A stretch of 64,000 nt of DNA from an uncultured Candidatus Saccharibacteria bacterium. Its GTDB lineage: Bacteria > Patescibacteriota > Minisyncoccia > Phycocordibacterales > UBA9973. The position numbers and the translations under genes were made by a program. Location: assembly GCA_964527185.1 (NCBI GenBank), contig CAZGOI010000002.1:133532-197531 (forward strand), in the 5' to 3' direction. Positions 59,064-64,000 of this stretch are shown piece by piece. Position 1 is the stretch's first letter. Each line of letters starts with the position of its first letter. The notes under the pieces are model-generated. The model was not told where the DNA came from, did not search any database, and saw only the letters and a list, made by a program, of their open reading frames with translations.

Positions 59064-60035
59064 TTACATATCAACACCAACGTTAGAGCGGATAATCTTC
59101 ATTTTTTTGTTTGCAATTTCATTTGCTTTATTTTTGCCGGCTTCAAGAGTTTTTCTAACACCGTCTATATCATTTTTATATTTTTCTCGACGCTCGCGCA
59201 TAGGATTTACAAGGGCTATGACCTCATCAAAGAGCATATCTTTTGATTCTTTGTATGACATGCCACCTTTTTCATATCTAGATCTAAGTTTGCTAAGTTC
59301 TGATTGATCCAAAAAGAGTTTGTGGAGTGCAAAAATATTACAGGTCTCAGGGTCTTTTGGTTCTTCTGGAGTTTTTGAATCTGTCACGATACTCATAACT
59401 GCTTTTTTAATTTCTTCATCAGTTCCAAAAAGTGGGATTGTGTTTTTATAGCTCTTGCTCATCTTTTGACCATCGGTTCCTGGAACAACTGCAACTTCTT
59501 TTAAAATTAGATCTTTTGGCAACACAAATGTTTCCCCAAAAATATTATTGAATTTTTGAGCTGTATCGCGAGCGATCTCGACGTGTTGTTTTTGATCAGA
59601 ACCGATTGGAACAATCTCTGGGTCATAGAGTAAAATATCTGCAGCCATGAGCATCGGGTAATTAAATGTTCCAACACTTATTTCTTTATTTTTTGCCTCG
59701 GCATCTTTAAAAGCATGGGCGCGCATCAAGTAAGGCATGGTCGTGATGGTATCAAATATCCAAGCGAGTTCTGTGTGGGCAGGAATATCGGATTGTTTAA
59801 ATATTGTTACTTTTTCTGGATCAAGACCAATGGCCAAGTAATCGAGGGTGATATTTAAAATATTTTCAGCCATTTCATTTTTATCTTGAATGAAATTTAA
59901 AGCATGGTAGTCAGCTATCATTATGAAAGTTTCATATTCATCTTGTAACTCTACAAACTGACGCATAGCCCCAAAATAGTTGCCGATATGGGGCGCCCCG
60001 GTTGGTTTGACTCCTGAAAGCAGTCGTTTTTTCAT
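59064..60035 (-). CDS. trpS: Tryptophan--tRNA ligase
   Basis: SGVKPTG, HIGN, YPMLMAADIL, DQKQH, KMSKS; start moved to MKKRL. Confidence 0.97.
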   Translation of the reverse strand: MKKRLLSGVKPTGAPHIGNYFGAMRQFVELQDEYETFIMIADYHALNFIQDKNEMAENILNITLDYLAIGLDPEKVTIFKQSDIPAHTELAWIFDTITTMPYLMRAHAFKDAEAKNKEISVGTFNYPMLMAADILLYDPEIVPIGSDQKQHVEIARDTAQKFNNIFGETFVLPKDLILKEVAVVPGTDGQKMSKSYKNTIPLFGTDEEIKKAVMSIVTDSKTPEEPKDPETCNIFALHKLFLDQSELSKLRSRYEKGGMSYKESKDMLFDEVIALVNPMRERREKYKNDIDGVRKTLEAGKNKANEIANKKMKIIRSNVGVDM

Positions 60036-60139
60036 ATTTACCAATAATAGCAAAAAACCTTTAGTTTTGCACATTTTACCCACATATTTATTGCCAAAAT
60101 AAACATTTGCCAGTTTGACGGCTGTGCTACAATGCCCTT

Positions 60140-61531
60140 ATGGCAGATAGAAAACAAAATTTTCGAATCCCTCCGCAAAGTATAGATGCCGAGCAAGCAG
60201 TCCTCGGCTCGATCATGCTCCGCCCAGGCGCAATCCACGAGATCAATGATTTTATTATACCCGAATCTTTTTACGCATCTAAGCACGCCGATATCTACCG
60301 TGTCATGCTTGAACTCTCTGGCAAAGGCGAACCGATTGATATCCTATCGGTTTCGCAAAAATTAAAAGAGCATGGGTTGCTTGACCAAGTTGGTGGTAGT
60401 AGTTATTTGAGCGAGCTTGCTAATTCTGTTCCGGCTTCGACCAACATTAAACACTATGCGGAAATCGTCTCGAAGAAAAATATTTTAAGAAAAATCATTG
60501 AAGCCGGAGTTGATATTTCTGAACTTGGTTTTAAGGAAGAAGTTGAGGATGTTTTTGATATTCTCGATCAAGCTGAAAAGCGCATGATGAATATTTCAAG
60601 TAACACTGGCGGGCATGTGTTTGTTTCACTTAAAGATAGCTTGCCGGAAGCTTGGGACAGACTCGAGCGTTTGCACGACAACCGCGGCGAGTTGCGTGGC
60701 ATACCAACTGGGTTCCACGATCTCGATCAATACCTTTCTGGTTTGCAAAAATCAGACCTTGTCATCGTTGCGGCTAGGCCTTCTGTCGGTAAAACAACGC
60801 TTGCTCTAGACATCGCCCGCCAAGCGGCCCTCAACCACGGAGTGCCGACTGTAATTTTCTCACTTGAAATGAGCACTCAACAGCTCGTCGATAAAATGCT
60901 CGCCGCTCAATCAAAAGTAAATGCTTGGAACTTGCGCACGGGCAACCTGTCAGCTGAAAGTGAGTTTTCAAAAATCCGTGACTCGCTCGACAAGCTTTCA
61001 CGTGCGCCGATTTTTATCGACGACATGGCTGGTAATTCTATCGTTCGCATGCGTTCCGTCTGTCGCCGCATAAGAGCCGAGCACGGGCTTGGACTTATCA
61101 TTGTTGACTACTTGCAATTGATGTCGACTTCAAAAAATTATGATAGTATGGTCAACCAAGTTACAGAAATCTCTCGCTCACTAAAAGGGTTGGCAAAAGA
61201 ATTCAATGTCCCAGTTATAGCCATCTCGCAGCTTTCTCGTGCCGTCGAATCGCGTGGTGGCCGGCCGAGGCTATCAGACCTCCGAGATTCTGGTTCTATC
61301 GAACAAGATGCCGACGTCGTCATGTTTTTGCACCGCGAAGACAGAGGCAAGGATGAATCTGAAAAGACAAACATAGTTGAAATCTTGATCGAAAAACACC
61401 GAAATGGACCGATTGGAAAAGTTGAACTGTTTTTCGATGAAAAATTGAGCACCTTCCTGAGCGTTGCCCGACAAGATGTTACAAAATTCGCTTCTTCGAT
61501 GAATGAACTCGGTGACGTAGATCAATTCTAA
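60140..61531 (+). CDS. dnaB: Replicative DNA helicase
   Basis: AEQAVLG, AARPSVGKT, VDYLQL, SQLSR, DLRDSGSIEQDAD; no intein seen. Confidence 0.98.
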   Translation: MADRKQNFRIPPQSIDAEQAVLGSIMLRPGAIHEINDFIIPESFYASKHADIYRVMLELSGKGEPIDILSVSQKLKEHGLLDQVGGSSYLSELANSVPASTNIKHYAEIVSKKNILRKIIEAGVDISELGFKEEVEDVFDILDQAEKRMMNISSNTGGHVFVSLKDSLPEAWDRLERLHDNRGELRGIPTGFHDLDQYLSGLQKSDLVIVAARPSVGKTTLALDIARQAALNHGVPTVIFSLEMSTQQLVDKMLAAQSKVNAWNLRTGNLSAESEFSKIRDSLDKLSRAPIFIDDMAGNSIVRMRSVCRRIRAEHGLGLIIVDYLQLMSTSKNYDSMVNQVTEISRSLKGLAKEFNVPVIAISQLSRAVESRGGRPRLSDLRDSGSIEQDADVVMFLHREDRGKDESEKTNIVEILIEKHRNGPIGKVELFFDEKLSTFLSVARQDVTKFASSMNELGDVDQF

Positions 61532-61534
61532 AAT

Positions 61535-62143
61535 ATGGATCCGATTGAAAAATTAGCACAAAAGTTCAAAGAATTCCCTGGTATCGGCGAACGCCAAGCC
61601 AAACGTTTTGTCTATTTTTTACTTCACAAAAATCCGAGCTATGTGAAAGAGCTCGGTGATGAAATTTTAAAAATTAAAAATACTATAAACCAGTGTCCGT
61701 CTTGCTTCTTGCATTTTCAAGGTGCAAAAAATAGTTTGTGCGAAGTATGCGGCAACCTAAAAACAGACCGTGGCTCACTTATTGTTGTTGAAAAAGACGC
61801 AGACTATGAGAGTATTAAAAGGAGTAAAAATTATAGCGGTATGTATTTTATTTTAGGCGGTTTGGTGCCAATCGTCACAAAGGAAACACCGAGTTTTGTC
61901 AGGACGGGCGAATTGGTAAAAATAGTCAAAGAGAGAATCGATAAAGAAAACTTGAAAGAAATTATCCTCGCTCTTTCGATCAATCCCCAAGGCGAACACA
62001 CTGATATGTATTTGCGCGAATTACTCGGGTCATTTGGCAGCAAAATAAAAATAGTCTCGCTTGGTCGCGGCCTATCAACAGGAACAGAACTTGAATATTC
62101 TGATTCTGAAACCATAAAAAACGCTCTGCGCAACAGAGCATAA
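61535..62143 (+). CDS. recR: Recombination mediator RecR
   Basis: PGIGERQAKR HhH, C4 zinc finger, Toprim domain, GTELEYSD. Confidence 0.93.
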   Translation: MDPIEKLAQKFKEFPGIGERQAKRFVYFLLHKNPSYVKELGDEILKIKNTINQCPSCFLHFQGAKNSLCEVCGNLKTDRGSLIVVEKDADYESIKRSKNYSGMYFILGGLVPIVTKETPSFVRTGELVKIVKERIDKENLKEIILALSINPQGEHTDMYLRELLGSFGSKIKIVSLGRGLSTGTELEYSDSETIKNALRNRA

Positions 62144-62175
62144 ATAAACCACCAGATTTCTCAGGTGGTTTATTT
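62142..62175. terminator. Bidirectional terminator between recR and rplU
   Basis: AAATAAACCACC...GGTGGTTTATTT. Confidence 0.8.
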
Positions 62176-62532
62176 TATTGCAGAGATTTTGATTTCTGTA
62201 TATGGTTGGCGATGACCATTGCGCTTAAGGTAACGACTTTTTTGTTTATATTTTACAACTTTAATTTTCTTACCGCGGCCTGATGATTGAAAGATAGATT
62301 CTACTTTTGCATTTGAAATGTAGGGCGAGCCGATGGTCGTATCTTGACCGTCGTCGACGAGAAGAACCTTGTCAAAGACAATTTTATCACCAAAAGCGAA
62401 ATTGCCACTCAATTTTTCGATCTTGAGGACGTCGCCGACAAAGACTTTGTATTGTTTACCGCCAGTTTCAATGACAGCAAACTCGGTGTTTGTCTTTTCA
62501 GCCTTCTTTGTTTTTGGAGATGTTTTAGCCAT
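62170..62532 (-). CDS. rplU: 50S ribosomal protein L21
   Basis: FAVIETGGKQYKV, GHRQPYT. Confidence 0.97.
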   Translation of the reverse strand: MAKTSPKTKKAEKTNTEFAVIETGGKQYKVFVGDVLKIEKLSGNFAFGDKIVFDKVLLVDDGQDTTIGSPYISNAKVESIFQSSGRGKKIKVVKYKQKSRYLKRNGHRQPYTEIKISAIK

Positions 62533-62616
62533 AATGCTTAATTTGTGATTTCCACAGGCCTGATATTACAGGAAAATTTTGAAAAAAGCAAGCTAAAAGC
62601 TATACTATATAGACGT

Positions 62617-63528
62617 ATGATATCTAAATACACGTATAAAGGTTTGACCTGGGTAGACCTCGAATCACCAACCGAAGACGAACTCGTGCACGTGATGGAA
62701 GAGTATTCGATACCGATTTCAATCGGCGAGGAAATGCACAATCGAAGCTTCCAATCAAAGATCGACATCTACCCTACCTTTATCTATTTGATTCTAAATT
62801 TTCCAGAGGTTTCCCACAAAGACGGAAGGAGTATGGAGCAGGAAATAGATTTTATCGTCGGGCATAAATTCATAATCACCACTCACTACGAGTTCATAGA
62901 CTCGCTCCACGAATTTTCGAAAACATTTGAAGTCGACGCCATTTTGGAAAAGCGCATGGATGTCGACCACGCTGGTTTTTTGTTTTTCCATTTGATCAAG
63001 ACGCTATATGTTCATTCGCGTTACCAGCTCAATGCTGTCAATACTATACTGCGCGATGTCGAGAAAAAAATATTTGAAGGCAACGAAGGCAAGATGGTGG
63101 CCAATATTTCAAACATAAATAGAACCCTACTTGATTTCAGACAAGCGCTTAGATTCCATCGAGAAGTTCTAAGTTCTTTTGAGATGGCTGCCAAAAGATT
63201 TTTTGGCGAGAAGTTCAGTTACTACCTCTCGGCTATTATTAGTGAATATAACAAAACCCAATCGATACTCGATTCGCACAAAGAGATACTCGACGACCTT
63301 CGTGAAACAAACGATTCCCTACTTGCAACCAAAACAACGGCAACAATAAAAATCTTGACGATTATCACCTTTGTCATCTCGCCGATCAGCGTCGTCTCAG
63401 CGATTTTTGCAATGAATACGAGCTTCAACCTCATTAAAACCAGAGAGCAGTTTTACTTGATGCTCGGTGGTATGTTTCTATCAAGTTTTTTAATATTTAT
63501 TTACTTCAAAACTAAAAAATGGCTTTAG
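62617..63528 (+). CDS. corA: CorA family divalent cation transporter
   Basis: WVDL..PT, IKILTII, FAMN (GMN variant), two C-terminal TMs; start moved to MISKY. Confidence 0.85.
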   Translation: MISKYTYKGLTWVDLESPTEDELVHVMEEYSIPISIGEEMHNRSFQSKIDIYPTFIYLILNFPEVSHKDGRSMEQEIDFIVGHKFIITTHYEFIDSLHEFSKTFEVDAILEKRMDVDHAGFLFFHLIKTLYVHSRYQLNAVNTILRDVEKKIFEGNEGKMVANISNINRTLLDFRQALRFHREVLSSFEMAAKRFFGEKFSYYLSAIISEYNKTQSILDSHKEILDDLRETNDSLLATKTTATIKILTIITFVISPISVVSAIFAMNTSFNLIKTREQFYLMLGGMFLSSFLIFIYFKTKKWL

Positions 63529-64000
63529 AAATTTTTAATTCTCTGTCGCGTAAAAAAGAGCATTTTGAACCACTTCGCAATGACCATGTCAGCCTGTATA
63601 CTTGCGGGCCGACGGTCTATAACTACGCCCATATTGGAAATTTGCGAGCTTTTGTATTTGGCGACATGCTCAAGCGGTACCTCTTGTATCGCGGGTATCA
63701 AGTCCGCCACATTATGAATATCACTGACGTCGATGATAAAACTATTCGCGATTCACAAAAAGAAAAAGGGGCATTGAAAGATTTCACAGAATTTTATACC
63801 GGCGAGTTCTATAAAGATCGAGATTCTCTAAACATCGTTCCGGCTGACAAGTACACAAAAGCTACTGATTTTATCGGCGAGATGATTAGCCTGATAGAAA
63901 AATTGATCGAGAAAGGTTTTGCTTATAAAACCGAAGATGGCTCAGTTTACTTTGATATTCGTAAAGATAAAGAATATGGCAAGCTTTCACATTTCAAAAT
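63519..64000 (+). CDS. cysS: Cysteine--tRNA ligase (3'-truncated by window edge; absent from ORF track)
   Basis: Manual translation MALEIFNSLSRKKE...YTCGPTVYNYAHIGNLR...MNITDVDDK. Confidence 0.96.
   Translation, partial: MALEIFNSLSRKKEHFEPLRNDHVSLYTCGPTVYNYAHIGNLRAFVFGDMLKRYLLYRGYQVRHIMNITDVDDKTIRDSQKEKGALKDFTEFYTGEFYKDRDSLNIVPADKYTKATDFIGEMISLIEKLIEKGFAYKTEDGSVYFDIRKDKEYGKLSHFK

Noticed and set aside
63525-63710. 61-aa minus-strand ORF
   Set aside because: Antisense to cysS, which the ORF track missed because it runs off the window end

Overview
A 64-kb, AT-rich, gene-dense chromosomal segment of a Patescibacteria/CPR bacterium, most likely Parcubacteria. This is inferred from the gene set, split transketolase, stand-alone SWIB and RRM proteins, CCA-less tRNAs, presence of L9 and TGA used as a stop codon. 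It is mostly housekeeping: a split cell-wall/division cluster (murC; mrdA; mraZ-rsmH-ftsL-ftsI-murF; mraY-ftsW-murG), a complete F1Fo ATP synthase operon, a sugar-phosphate island (fba, PfkB kinase, tktA/B, rpe, rpiB, gap), aminoacyl-tRNA synthetases (lysS, gltX, aspS, trpS, cysS) plus gatB, ribosomal proteins, dnaB-recR, scpAB and three tRNAs (Glu-CTC, Ile-GAT, Leu-TAA). No CRISPR array, transposase, integrase or rRNA was seen. The most interesting signals are non-obvious. (1) A leaderless two-gene SOS unit in which an unknown 64-aa protein with an amphipathic C-tail precedes lexA, under a GAAC-N4-GTTC palindrome in the -35/-10 spacer plus a DnaA box; it is a candidate new SOS division inhibitor. 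(2) A 30-bp palindrome inserted in frame in gap. (3) A compact island between gatB and tRNA-Leu holding a candidate sRNA, a 39-aa ORF and a decayed tRNA-Tyr. (4) A boxA-like GTTCTTT motif recurring in leaders of orphan genes. (5) Pervasive leaderless-type and bidirectional promoters. All calls are by eye from motifs; no database searches were run.
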